Assembly (NCBI RefSeq): GCF_964355755.1
Contig: NC_092671.1
Span: 38,636,304 to 38,700,303, forward strand
Reading direction: 5' to 3'
Length of the DNA: 64,000 bases
Source: Antedon mediterranea
Lineage: Eukaryota; Animalia; Echinodermata
Shown here: positions 49,860 through 62,500 of the stretch, in pieces
How the letters are laid out: the number at the start of each line of letters is the position of its first letter
Position numbering within the stretch: position 1 is the first letter of the stretch
Program-made: the position numbers and the translations under genes
Notes under the pieces: generated by a model
Told to the model about the DNA's origin: nothing
The model's database searches: none
The model's input: the letters and a program-made list of their open reading frames with translations, nothing else

Positions 49860-51577
49860 GTTTACAGTGCGTGCGTTCCTCCAGAGATCAGACAAATACG
49901 CAAAGTGTGCTAATGTCACCGTTAGTCTGAACAGGACTGTACCATCGCCGTAAAACACAGTATCCAAGCAGATAATGTTATTTGCTTTAGCTTTCGGTGT
50001 TTATTTTGTATTATTTCACTAACAACATCACGTAGTTTATAATGTACTTTAAACTCTACAAATGACTCAAAACTAACGCTATATATTTTCATAAAATTCA
50101 ATTTCGGTATCGCTTGCATAAGGCCAACATATTTCGTTTCGTTGAAATGATTATCAGAGATAGATAATATTGAAATGGACCGGAACAGTCACCAAATACT
50201 TGTTAATTAATATTTAAAACTAGTTTTCCCAGAATAAAGCAAATATGCATATTTATTAATAATTAAGCTGCTGTATAAAGCTTTGTCTACACTTTATCAA
50301 ACTTTATGTGACGTAACAAATGTGATGTGTCCCATACGTACATGGACATGATGAAGTCATATTTAAGCATGTCAGGCACATCACACTAACTCGATTTTTA
50401 CCCGTAACACGCGAGCGGTATCACGTCTAGCGAAAAGATCATGCAGTATGAATCGCATCTTCTAACAGAAACCTTTTATTTCATAGGATACTATATCAAG
50501 ATATTCTAGAGGGTTAGTTATTATTTAAGAGGTAAATGCTGTTACGGCATGTTTCCTGTCAGCCGACACGATACTGTACAATCTTTAACAACGTCGCTTT
50601 CGTGATACCGCACGTACGAGAATCGGTTGCGGATTTTATCGTCATAATCTCCATTTATTTTTGAGTGGAGTTTTCTATTATAAACTACTCGATAGAGCAG
50701 GAACAGTCGAGAAGGAAAGGGAGTATAAACATAGAACTAATCTGAGAGAAAGGGATCCAGGGAGAAAAGAAAAAATGTCCCTGAAAAACCAGTGAAACTG
50801 AAACCAAATAGATTGCCTTGCAGAAACTCTGCAGAAACCACACGAATACTCAATTGAATATTAGCCGGAGGCGCGGTCTTTTAATTTTACTGCCCAGAGA
50901 ATTATTTCCATAATATTATAATATTATTATTGAATTTATTTAACTAAAGGCAATACTGTACAAGAATGAAACAATTCACAAAAAACATGTGACAAACATG
51001 TGACAAGAACCAACTTTATTACTTTATCTTTCTAGAATGTTTAATTCAATTTAGGCTCTGTACAAATCGGACAACACATGTGGCTCTACATTTAGTCTCC
51101 CACCACACATACTATATTAAACTTGTGCTCACTTGTTTTATTGAGAGTTTAAAAATTGAGGGGAAAAAAACTCAATATTAGGCCTACATTAATATTTATT
51201 CAGGTTGAGAAGAAGCTTGGCAGTAAAATATTAAAAAACATGAAAATGTTTTTAGAACCTGAAATTCCATCCAATCTTTTAGAATAGCACGAGTAAATCA
51301 TTACTTGTTCCCTTGGCAAAATGTTCTACCTTAAAATACAGGATTAAAAACACTTCAGTGGGATTGGAATAAGAATCTTTAAACTAGTGGGTAAAGAACA
51401 CTACCCTGAGAAACAGCCCTGGATAATACACACTTAAGCTCTGTCTACATAATCAAACTTTATGCGACAAAAAAAAAGTGATGTGGCCATATGGAGACGA
51501 TGATGTCATATCACTACCATATTAGGCACATCGTACTTTTTTTTTCAAAGTAGTTTGATAGTGTAAACAGAGCTTTA

Positions 51578-51667
51578 TACCCCTTTCACACATTGCCTAG
51601 AAAAGGTGTACACGCAGTCAACACAATTTGTTTGTAATGTTGTTCCCCTAAGCAATGTGAAAGGGGT
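51578..51667. mobile_element. Small palindromic MITE; related copy at ~52224-52330
   Basis: acccctttcaca ... tgtgaaaggggt termini. Confidence 0.6.
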
Positions 51668-52815
51668 ACAAATTACAAATGTGCATTACTAATACCCTGG
51701 GGAGCTTTTAATATTCATAACATGTTTTATTGCCAAGGAAATTTCGAAATGTTTAACATAGCTTTGTGTGCAATTTCGGAGAGCCAACAAGCTACACTGT
51801 TCTTAAATAGAATATTGTTGTCTAATAATAAGCAGTCACTCCTTCTCACTAACACACCGTCATTCAGCACACAAGGACAACACAATATAAAAAATGCACA
51901 CCTTCAGTATAGAGAGGAGGGTCTCATTTCAAGAATGTAATATAGTTAAAAAAATCAACATTTTATCATTGTCATCCAACATAAAGCTCTGTCTACACGA
52001 TCAAACTACTTTGACAAAAAAAGCCCAAATATGGTAGTGATATGACATCATTATGTCCATATATGGGCACATCACATTTGTTGTCACATGTTTGATAGTG
52101 TAGACAGAGCTTAAGACAACAAAACATTATCAACAATATAATCTACACGGCTCATCAACATTTATCAAGTACCAAGTAACACAATTTTCATCAACAATAT
52201 CATTATCATCTCAGAAGACAGATACCCCTTTCACAACACCTAACTCCAGATATCACACATAGAGGGCACACACCCCACCAACGCAGTTGAGTGTAAACAT
52301 CAGTGATTTACTCAGCGATGCAAAAGGGGTATACTAATCATTGTTGTTCATATACATCCCCAATCAATATAATTAAATCGTATTAAACATTTTTTTATTT
52401 GAAAAACCCTCACATTCTCTCAAATTCTGTATATATACATGCATCAATAGCCTAAATAATTTGTGTAAAAACTGAAGAAAAATCAACAAAAACTGAAGAA
52501 AAATCCACAGAATTGAAACAGCTTTGTAGCGATAAGCAACAGAAAGTAAAAACCATAAACAGTATGTGGTTTTTATTTTATGTTATTATTATTATTAAAC
52601 TAGTAATTTCACTATATGAATTGATAGTATAAAGCTCTGTCTACTCTATCAAACTAGTTTGATAAAAAAAAGTGTGATGTGCCCAAATATGGTAGTGATA
52701 TGCCCAAATATGGTAGTGATATGACATCATCATATCCATATATGGGCACATCACATTTTTTTTGTCATATAAAGTTTGATAGTGTAGACAGAGCTTGACG
52801 TTTGGTGCAATATTT

Positions 52816-55800
52816 TCATGGAAAGTCTTCATCATCTTCTGCCATTTCTTTGGCCAGTTCCAAGTCTTGTTGTTCACGCTCCTTTCTTTCCTGTCAGGGA
52901 AAGATAAATAATTTTGTTTGTAGTTGTAATTTAATAATACAAAAATTTATTTTTGTATTTTCACATGATAAAGTGAAACAATAATTTATGTTACATAATT
53001 AATTCTAATGTTAAAAGTAATTAAAAAACATATGTTAATTTAAATGATTGCTTTCATCTATTTTAAAAAAAACGAATAATACTACACTACTTACCTCAGC
53101 AGATTCCAAATCCTTGTTGTAAGATTTTGGTGGGAACCGCATTGCCTATGAAGAAACATTATGGAGATTATTTCCAACTAAAAATTACACCCCTAATCAG
53201 TGACACTTTGTTGGATCCGTAAGGTGTACCCTTAATAGGTGTTTTACTGTACATTTTTAATATTCATTTAAAAGGTTAGATGATGTATTTTACAATTTAT
53301 TCAATTAAATATTAAATTTCTACCGGACAGTAACACATGCTCTAACGGCGCACTAAACCAATTTGCATGGATGTCCTAGTCAGCAGACACGCATATCAAA
53401 TACAGAAATGGATTGGTAAAACAAATTTGTATAATGCTCACTTCAACATCATTAATATATAACATTATACGAATGTTCAATAGTACTACTATTGCATGCC
53501 ATGTGACCCACAATCGTCCAATCCAACGACAGGAATTTATTTTTGTGTTATATAAAACATATGAGCGTTCAATAGTGCGTACTATTGCATGCCATGTGAC
53601 CTACAATCGTCCAATCAAATGACAGGAATTTATTTAGATGTTATAAAGAAAATATTTGACCGTTCAATAGTGCATACTATTGCCACCATTTGACCCACAA
53701 TCGTCCAATCAAACGACAGGAATTTATTTAGGTGTTATATAATTCTACATATGTTACCTTGATAGATTGATTATGAATGTCTAAACAGAATGTGATACGT
53801 TGATGGAAGGCTGCTGTAGGCTCCCTGGTAGAGTAGACATCAACCTTTTCCTTGGACTTTACATAGCCTTTCTCATGGTCTATACTTGCTTCTATAACAC
53901 CATCTCGGATAGCCTGAAAATAAATAAAGTCAAAGCCACTTAATTATTAATAATCATTTTAAGATGCAACAGAATCAGTGATTGATAGGTCTAAAACTAA
54001 AGCACTGTCTACACTATAAAACTAGTTTGACAACAAAAGTGTCATGTGCCCATATATGGACATGATGTCATATTACTACCATATTTGGGCATATTACTAC
54101 CATATTTGGGCATATCACACTTTTTTTTGGTCAAAATAGTTTGATGGTGCAGACAGAGCTTATACGGTTTTGCCAAGTGCCTGCAACACCTTTTTGACAT
54201 TGGATTGCATTGTATATTACATTACAATAAAATTCTGATAGTATGATCAACTTAAAAACAATTCCAAATAAATACTCAACATGGTTGTCATGGATCTATA
54301 GAGGGTCTAATCATCAAAATGTTGATGAATATTATAAAAATGTGATGTGCCCAAATATGGTAGTGATATGACATCATCATGTCCATATATTGGCACATCA
54401 CATTTTTTTTTGTCACATAAAGTTTGATAGTATAGACAGAGCTTAAATGTGACCAATCACTATTAGCATCAAGAACTGAATGATTACCTTAGCGACAATA
54501 AACTCGGCATCTTCTGGACTGTCCAATTCCAACTTCTTTGCCACGTCTACTAACGATATACGTGAATACGATAAGCTGATCATACGCACTCCCGTCTTGA
54601 TCACATTGTGATGTAACCGGATGATCAACGTGTACGTTCCCTCCGATTGGAATTTACTACTGAACGTCTCTAGTGTCTGGTTGAACAGAGACAGGTTACC
54701 CGTCCTAACAGCTTTTACAAAATAAACATACAAATTAATTTTCAGAATTTATAGTATAAAAATATATATTTACATAGTTCATTCTTATATAGCGCATATA
54801 AGCAAGCTCTCAATGCGTTGCACATTATTACCCCAGTCATTTTATGGATCAAACACTGGAAACGTACTCCCATAATAATGCAGCTAGCAATCAGCGCAAA
54901 CCGGGTACCCATTTCATACACCTGGGTGTAAGTGAAGTGTCTTGCCTAAGGATACAAGCAATGCGGCGAGAGTTGGATACAAACCACGATCTCAAGATCA
55001 ATAATCAAAGAGGTTTGCATTACGTCACACGCCATACAAATACAAGCTAAATGAGTTGAACAAAATCAATGGCATGTATATACTCAGGTGTGTTACATTA
55101 GCCAGCCTAGAAGCAAAAATGTGTCCTTACCTTGAGTTAATTGGAGGTAGGGAAAGAGTGCTTTTCTGTATGGTTTCTGTCTAAACAATGCTCTATCGGG
55201 TAATTCCCCAATAAGTAACTGCACCGTGATGGCTAATTTATGTACCTGAAGAAAATATAAACAATTATTAATATAAATAGATTTAACCTGAAGGAGGACT
55301 AGCTTGGCTAGAAAGGCAGCAATACCATTACGAAACTATTAAAGTCATCACACTGAATCTTCGAGGTGGAAGTACAAAATAGGAGGCGCTGTTGTTTTTC
55401 AAAAGCAATAGTATAAAAAAATATCTTCCAAACGCGAAAAGTTTTTTTTCTCGTACACAAAAAAAAAGTACTATTGAACAACCGTTCAATGGTGCATACT
55501 ATTGCATGCCATGCATTACACATTGTATTCATTAGTATATATATATAAAACAGGTAAAGTGACTATAATACATACTGCTTGTTTGAATCCTACTGCAGAG
55601 TGCTGTGGCGCTTTTCTTACAGCTTGTAGTAGATTTTTATTTGATTCTGAATACTCCAATTGTATAGCTTTTATTCTTCCTAAAAAAACACAAAAATATT
55701 GCAATGAATATAAATCAAAAAACAAACAAATTAAATGAGGCTGGACAATAATTCTCAGAAAAGTATGTATTGAATAAAGCAATTTTCTCCATATATAAAC

Positions 55801-58663
55801 ATGTGTAGTGTAGTTAAAGTAGAATAGAAGACAATAAATTAAAATGTATTCTTTTTTTTAAATACCCATTTTTAATGATTAATTTTTTAAACCAAATTAA
55901 TACTGTACTGTCCAGCCAAGTAATATCCTAATATCCAGCAATTTATGGTACAAATGTTTTATCCACCGAAAAATCTAGCCATAATGTAATAAAACCATAG
56001 CACAAATCACTTTATTCATAATAATGCAATAAATCTAAAAATAACATCGTTGCCTAATATGTTCTAGGATTTTTTTTTAAAACTTTCATATCTAAGCCCT
56101 CACTCTGTAGAGAATAGGCTATTGTCAGTTCATCCAGGTAAGCTAGGCACAAAATAGACAAGTATTATTTAGTAACAGAAAAATAAACATGATGGTCAAT
56201 GAAACTACATCACAGCATGGCAATCTTTGCACACTTAGATTATTACTTAAGCAAGCACCCTGTACATACAGCAGTTTTAATTGCGCATTTACTAACCCAT
56301 GTAGTAGAGAAATCTAGCCCATTCATTGTTGGAGGCAGACTCCGGAAAAGATGACTTGGCCACGAGTTTATCAGCTTGATCATACAGGTTATGCAAGAGG
56401 TAGTTCCTCAGTAGAAGGTTTAGAATTGTAGCTTGACCTTCGTCGTTGTGTCGTAAGGTTGCTGTGCGTAATTTGGCATGCAAAAAACTAGAAAACAGAA
56501 TTCATAAATCTGTCTACACTATCAAACTAGTTTGACAAAAAAGTTTGATGTGCCCAGATATGGTAGTGATATGACATCATGTCCATATATGGGCACATCA
56601 CATTTTTTTACCCCATAAAGTTTAATAGTGTAGACAGGGCTTTAAATTAGTTGATTTCATTTACATAAAGGGATGTAAATTCTACAAATTATGTTGTCAC
56701 ATAAACGTTTGTCTACTAAAGCTTGGTTCCCACTAGGATGCAAAGTGATTTGACCAATCAAAAGCGATATATTATTCGTGTGATTGGTCAACTCACTTGT
56801 GTTGCGTCCCTAGTGGGAACCAAGCTTCAAAATAGGTTTCATCATTTACCTTCTAATACTGACTTCCTGGCCAGTAAGTTCATAAGCTCTACCATGAAAA
56901 TAGTAAGCTTTTGCCGATAACTGATCTAAAGTTCTACGATTAAAGGTATCTAGTTTTAACATCATCTGGTCCGAGCACTTAACAGCCTAAACGACAAACA
57001 AATATTATTGTCAAAATATCTATGACTGTTTTCTCTTTCAAATGAGTGTGGCTGAGCGGTTAAGACAGTGGAACCGTAATCTAGCCATAACATCGGTAAG
57101 AATTCAAGGCTCAGTCGCTCCATTGTTCTGGTGGTAGAACAAGTCTTCTTGGATAAGGACTATAAACCGTACAGTAGGTCCAGTGTACATATCTACTATA
57201 TCACTTTAAAGAACCTAGTACATCTTTTGTGGGGTTACCCTGGTGTACTAGTACATCACAGCCACGGATCATAACTGGGCCTTGACTGAAGAGGTCGCCT
57301 AGTATAAATAAAATACAATTAAGTGAAATACATCAAAACATTTAAAAAAAGGTAAACAATCTTACGTCAGTATTCCTTTTGGTATCAAGAAGGTGGATAA
57401 GGACTAACAGGTGTATATAAACATCAATCTCTGGCGTTGCAGGCCCATTCGCAGTTTTTGCCGAGCGTAGTTTGAATACTGAGCTTGTGTCTGGTTCCAT
57501 TGGCTAAGAAAACAAACAACAAAACATTAAGTAGATATTTTCATGAAAATGATATCCTTAGAAAAGGAATGAGGTAAACATAACCAGGACTTGGAATTAG
57601 CTTGGATTTTTCATAACTTCTAGTTGAAAATTATAATCTTTTTTTAATTGCTAGTTGAATTGCACATTTTGTTAGTTAGATTTTGTTGGCTAGTTTTCTA
57701 GCTCTGACAATACATAAACAATGGACAGAATACATACACCAATACATGCAGATAGTGTAGATTGCCACTGGTATAGGTGATGTTTAAAATATAAGAATTT
57801 AACTCATAATAATTTCTTTCATTTTAGTGGAAATCATTGTGGTCATTTAAAAAAAATTCTTATCATATTGACGCACCTCATCTAAATATTCTAGTAACAA
57901 ATCTTTTGTGGGGGAAACAGCTGGGAAAAAGGCGACGATAAACTTGCGTAGAACACGGTGATTTAGTTTTCTTCGCGTTGAGGTCAAAGCTCGTAAAACA
58001 CGAGTAAGATAGTTTTTCTCTTTTGTTGAAACAGCCTTTTCAATTTGCTTAACATGTTCTTTGAAATCTGTAAAAAAAAAATTCATTCAAATGTATATAT
58101 TTCATTTCCTTTTTCAAATTTAAATTTTAAAATTTATTCTTAATGACAAACAACTTTATAAATTAGATGGAAATGAGTACGTAGGGCCTAGCTAGAGTAG
58201 TAGGAAGGGGACTAATCCACATCTTTATGTAATTATTATCATACTGTTTGATGCTGTTTCTAGGGAGAGGGTGTGAAAATTAAAACAATAGAATAGTATA
58301 GTATAATAGTAATACAGCCAACAAAAAGTCATAAGGTAAAAAAAAAAGGATAACTTTCTTCTTAACTCGGATCTTTTCAACAGTACACAGCAGTACAATC
58401 TAGGCCTAGCTAGGGTGCTAGGCGTGGTTACTTTACTTTTGCCGTAAATATTTTGATGTATATAAATGTACGTTTATATGATAATATGAAATAGATTTCT
58501 AATACTGCAGTGTACCTTCTAAAGTTACAGCATCTTTCTCAAGTGCCTGTTTCTGCTTCTTTTCTTTCTCTGATTCTTCACTGTCTTTCTTCGGGTCGTC
58601 GGGAACAACATCGCCGTTTGATGTGTCCATCATCTCCTCTTCTTTTACAATTTTAGACGCCAT
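52816..58663 (-). CDS. PSMD3: 26S proteasome non-ATPase regulatory subunit 3 (Rpn3), 509 aa. Exons 58663-58516, 58067-57877, 57503-57366, 56986-56850, 56487-56297, 55679-55576, 55245-55131, 54711-54488, 53913-53758, 53145-53095, 52890-52816
   Basis: [77 protein letters not shown]. All introns are GT-AG and the total length is a multiple of 3. Confidence 0.96.
53470..53745. repeat. ~95-bp tandem repeat, 3 copies (further fragment at ~55480)
   Basis: gttcaatagt...actattgc...gacccacaatcgtccaatc repeated. Confidence 0.85.
54772..55032 (-). mobile_element. CORE-type SINE with L2-like tail
   Basis: Reverse complement reads ccttaggcaagacacttcactta...cccaggtgtatgaaatgggtacc and gcattgagag...gcgctatataagaa. 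Confidence 0.7.
56721..56826. mobile_element. Palindromic Harbinger-type MITE; related copy at ~30919-31028
   Basis: agcttggttcccactagga...tttgaccaatca...tgattggtcaa...cctagtgggaaccaagct. Confidence 0.7.
57044..57310 (+). mobile_element. tRNA-derived Deu/Nin-like SINE, second copy
   Basis: Collinear similarity with 35369-35662. Confidence 0.8.
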
Positions 58664-58699
58664 ATCTTCAGTAAAAGTCATGAAATATATTGTTGTTAA

Positions 58700-59000
58700 T
58701 GATTTTGAGAAGCAAAAAAATAATTCTCTTTACAAATTAGCCTCAGTGTAATTTAATCAACTAAAATTTACTGATTGAAAATCACCGGTAGTACGGTGAC
58801 TGTGCGCAACATGCACATGAATTTACAAAATGGAAGGGTAAAAAATAGACATGCGCAGTGACATTGATACCTTTGCCCTTCATGACCTTTTTGTGACGCA
58901 TCATTGCGCAACAAAACATCAACAAAAGTAAACAGCAAGAGGGGAGGTACTGGATGGTGTCACTCAATCTCCATTAAATTCTAAGATTCGGAAGAAGAGG
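58700..59000. promoter_or_regulatory. Bidirectional promoter of PSMD3 and AGMO, with ARE-like TGACTGTGC at 58797 and several TGCGCA motifs
   Basis: Head-to-head genes less than 1 kb apart; CpG-richer patch. Confidence 0.55.
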
Positions 59001-59593
59001 CCTTTTAATTAAGTATTACAGAACATTGTTGTTTTTTATTATTACTGTAGTAATGTTGACATCTCTGAAGTGAAAGTGAAACTGCAGTTCAGTGAGTGAG
59101 TGTCACTGTTGTAACTGGAAAACCAGCATCATCATTCATCTTCATATATTAATATTATTCATAACATTCAATCATTTTGCATGGTGGATAGGCTAGTACA
59201 GTAACTAGTAGTAGTAGTAGTAGTAGTAACTAGTAGAGGTGATTGCTATTGGATGAATGAAAGAAAGGATGCATGTTTTAATGTTTTTATATTTTAAATG
59301 TATTACATTTTTGTAAACCGGTTTCAGTTGAGCTGCATTATTTTTTAACATAAATGATATACCAGAATACTAAAATAATAATTATGAATTATACATACAC
59401 TGTACCAGCATTTTATTATTGATTATTACAAATTTGCAAATGAAAGGCCACATAGAGATCCATCTGTTTAACAACATGATTTTGTACATAAATTATAATA
59501 AAGTTGAAAAATTATGCAAAAGAATATATACATTTTTTTAAATATTGTGTTTTTTTTACTTTGACAAATTGTTTTTTTTTTTAAAGCATAATA

Positions 59594-62500
59594 ATGAAGG
59601 AAGTTTTCCAGGTTGACCCAGTGACTCAGTTGCGGAGATTTGCTTATCTAATATCTCCGAATGAGTCATCTTTTGAAACAGCTGAAGAGGTTCCTGACTA
59701 TCTAGTAGAGGTACTACTTGTTGTCACTATATGTGATTCCAAAAATCTCACAAATTGCAATTATTATGAACTTAACATCATTTTATTTGGTTTTTTAAAG
59801 TTTTAAAATATCATATCATAATATAATATAGTGCACTTTCTATTCTAAGGCCCCATAACAAAATTATTATTATCACCCTATCACCAGCTCAAAACTGATG
59901 AGGGAGGGAGGTGTTTGCTGGTAAGCCTCGGCAATTTAAAACAATAGAAATAGACTTAGTAGTAGTAGCCCCTTTACAAAAACTTTTCTTTTGTCCTGTA
60001 CTTTATCCTTTATGATGATTCTCTCTATTTTGTTGTTATTGTATATTTAAATTTGTTGACCTCTAGGCAGTGCCCTACTTTGTCATTACAATTTTGTTGG
60101 AGGCGATTATTATTGGAATTCGAGACAAAAAATGGCTCCGTATAAACGACGCAATCAGCTCAACTTCAGCAGGACTTCTCATGACAATGATTAAGTAATT
60201 AGTTGTTTATTTTTTTACTTAATAATAATTATGAAAATCTTATGTCATATTTTTTTCTTCTATTTACTTACCTCTGTAGAGGGCCTCTTCTGAAACTGAG
60301 AGCGATGATGATATTTTAAATATATTTAATCAATTATCAATCAATCAATTATTAATAGAGAACTTAATACTATCAAGTAATGAAAAAAGAACTTTTTTAA
60401 ATTTATTTATTTTATTCAATTATCAGGCACAAACAACAACATTTAATACATGACATGCAGAACCCTGGGGATTGCCATGAGTGCTAAGCACTATCTCTCA
60501 CTAGCTCCATACTGCACTTCAAACATATACAAGTAAAACAATAAATATACATAAGATATAACAAATTGAAAAATTGTGTAGTGTCAAAGTTGAAAAATCA
60601 TTAACAAATATATATATGTGTACTAATACTTAAATGACATTTTATTTTGTATGTTTTAGGGGTCTTTTCAGAGGGTTAGAAGTGTTTGCTTACAGTTGGG
60701 TTTATGAGAATTGCCGGATTGTAGAACTACCTTGGAACAGCGCTTGGACCTGGTTTCTTTGTATGGTAACGTTTGATTGTGGCTATTACTGGTTTCATCG
60801 TGCTGCTCATGGTAAGTCGCATTTTTGGATTGTGCAATCTATCATCTCTCTTTGTTGGAGAGACACGCCCTTGTTGGAGAAACACACCCTTGTTGGAGAG
60901 ACATGCCCTTGTTGGAGAGACACGCCTTTTTGGTGATAGTTGTCATTGACAGCTCTTGTCTCTCCTCAGTGCTCTCTTTTTATGTTTCACTGAAAGGAAC
61001 AAATAAAAAAATTTATAGAAATATTTTTTTGCCTGACTTTCCTAACCATGGAGGTATATAATATACATCCGTGGTCCTAATCAATAACTCTTTCAGGTAG
61101 ATAATATGTTGTCCATGTAAGAAATAGTTTATAATATCTGCTGAAATCATTTAATGACAATCAATTACAACTTGTATTTGTTTTCTGATAGAGGTAAATA
61201 TCTTATGGTCAGCTCATCAAGTGCACCATAGCTCAGAAGAGTACAACCTATCTACCGCCCTCAGGCAGTCCATATATCAACACTATACGTCATGGGTAAG
61301 ATTGGATGTTTTTGTACTTCTCAACTCTTTTGCTTTCTTGAATTTATGTCAACACTATCAAACATTATGTGACAAAAAAAATGTGATGTGCCCATATATG
61401 GACATGATGATGTCATATCACTACCATATTTTGGCATATCACTACCATATTTGGGCACATCACACTTTTTGTAGTTTGATAGAGACAGAGCTTTACACAG
61501 TCAAGTTCACTTTTAATTGACTTATATGCCTAAATTAAATTGAATGCAGCATTGAATCCTGTAAATCAGAATAATTACCTTATTAAAGAAATTTTCCTTT
61601 GCTTTTTCGATAATTTACCTTTTAAGTACGATATGGAAATTGTTATTTCCAGGTTTTCTACCTCCCCATGGCACTTGCGATTCCTTTACCTGTTATGCTT
61701 GTACACGGCCAGTTCAATCTACTTTACCAATTCTGGATTCACACTGAGGTATGTTTTCTTCATTAATGTCTTTTTTACCTTAGGCCATGTAAAGTATCAT
61801 TAACTTCGAGACCCAACAGTGTCTCCACTAACCAAAACAAATGTTAATACAGTAGGTTCGAGTGTCAAAAAGCCAATGAAATATACCAAAATGAATAATG
61901 AAATTGAACAATATCAACTTTGATTGGTGTACACTGACTGGATGGAGTAACAGTTGCAAATCAACATGAAAACTTACATTTTTTAAAATTTTTTTATTTT
62001 TTGTGCTTTATTTATTTTAATTTCATTTTTATTGTTACATGTTTATGTCTCGTCATATTGTATTTTTGTGGGGCTCCCCTTTGTTGAAAATAAAAAATAA
62101 TAAATAAAAACACAGAAAACAAAAAAGTATATTTTGATTATTACTAAAATAACCATAAATGGAATATAATTATTTTGATTCTTTTTTGTGATTTGTAGAT
62201 AGTGACATCTCTTGGACCTCTTGAGTACATTCTTAACACACCAAGTCATCACAGAGTACATCATGGTAAGTTAAGTCAAGTTTAAATGTTTATTCTTAAA
62301 CATATTGCTGATACAACAGCATATTTTAATCTATAAATTCTTCATCTTGTGTTTTTTTCCTTTCCCCTCTGGTTATACACGTTAATAGTGTTGTCTCTTG
62401 AATAGAGCATATTTTGTTCTCAATCATTTCACAGAAAAGTTTTCCCTTAATAAAGTGGAGTTGTGGCTTGGTGGTTATGATAGTTGGCTACCAATCCAAG

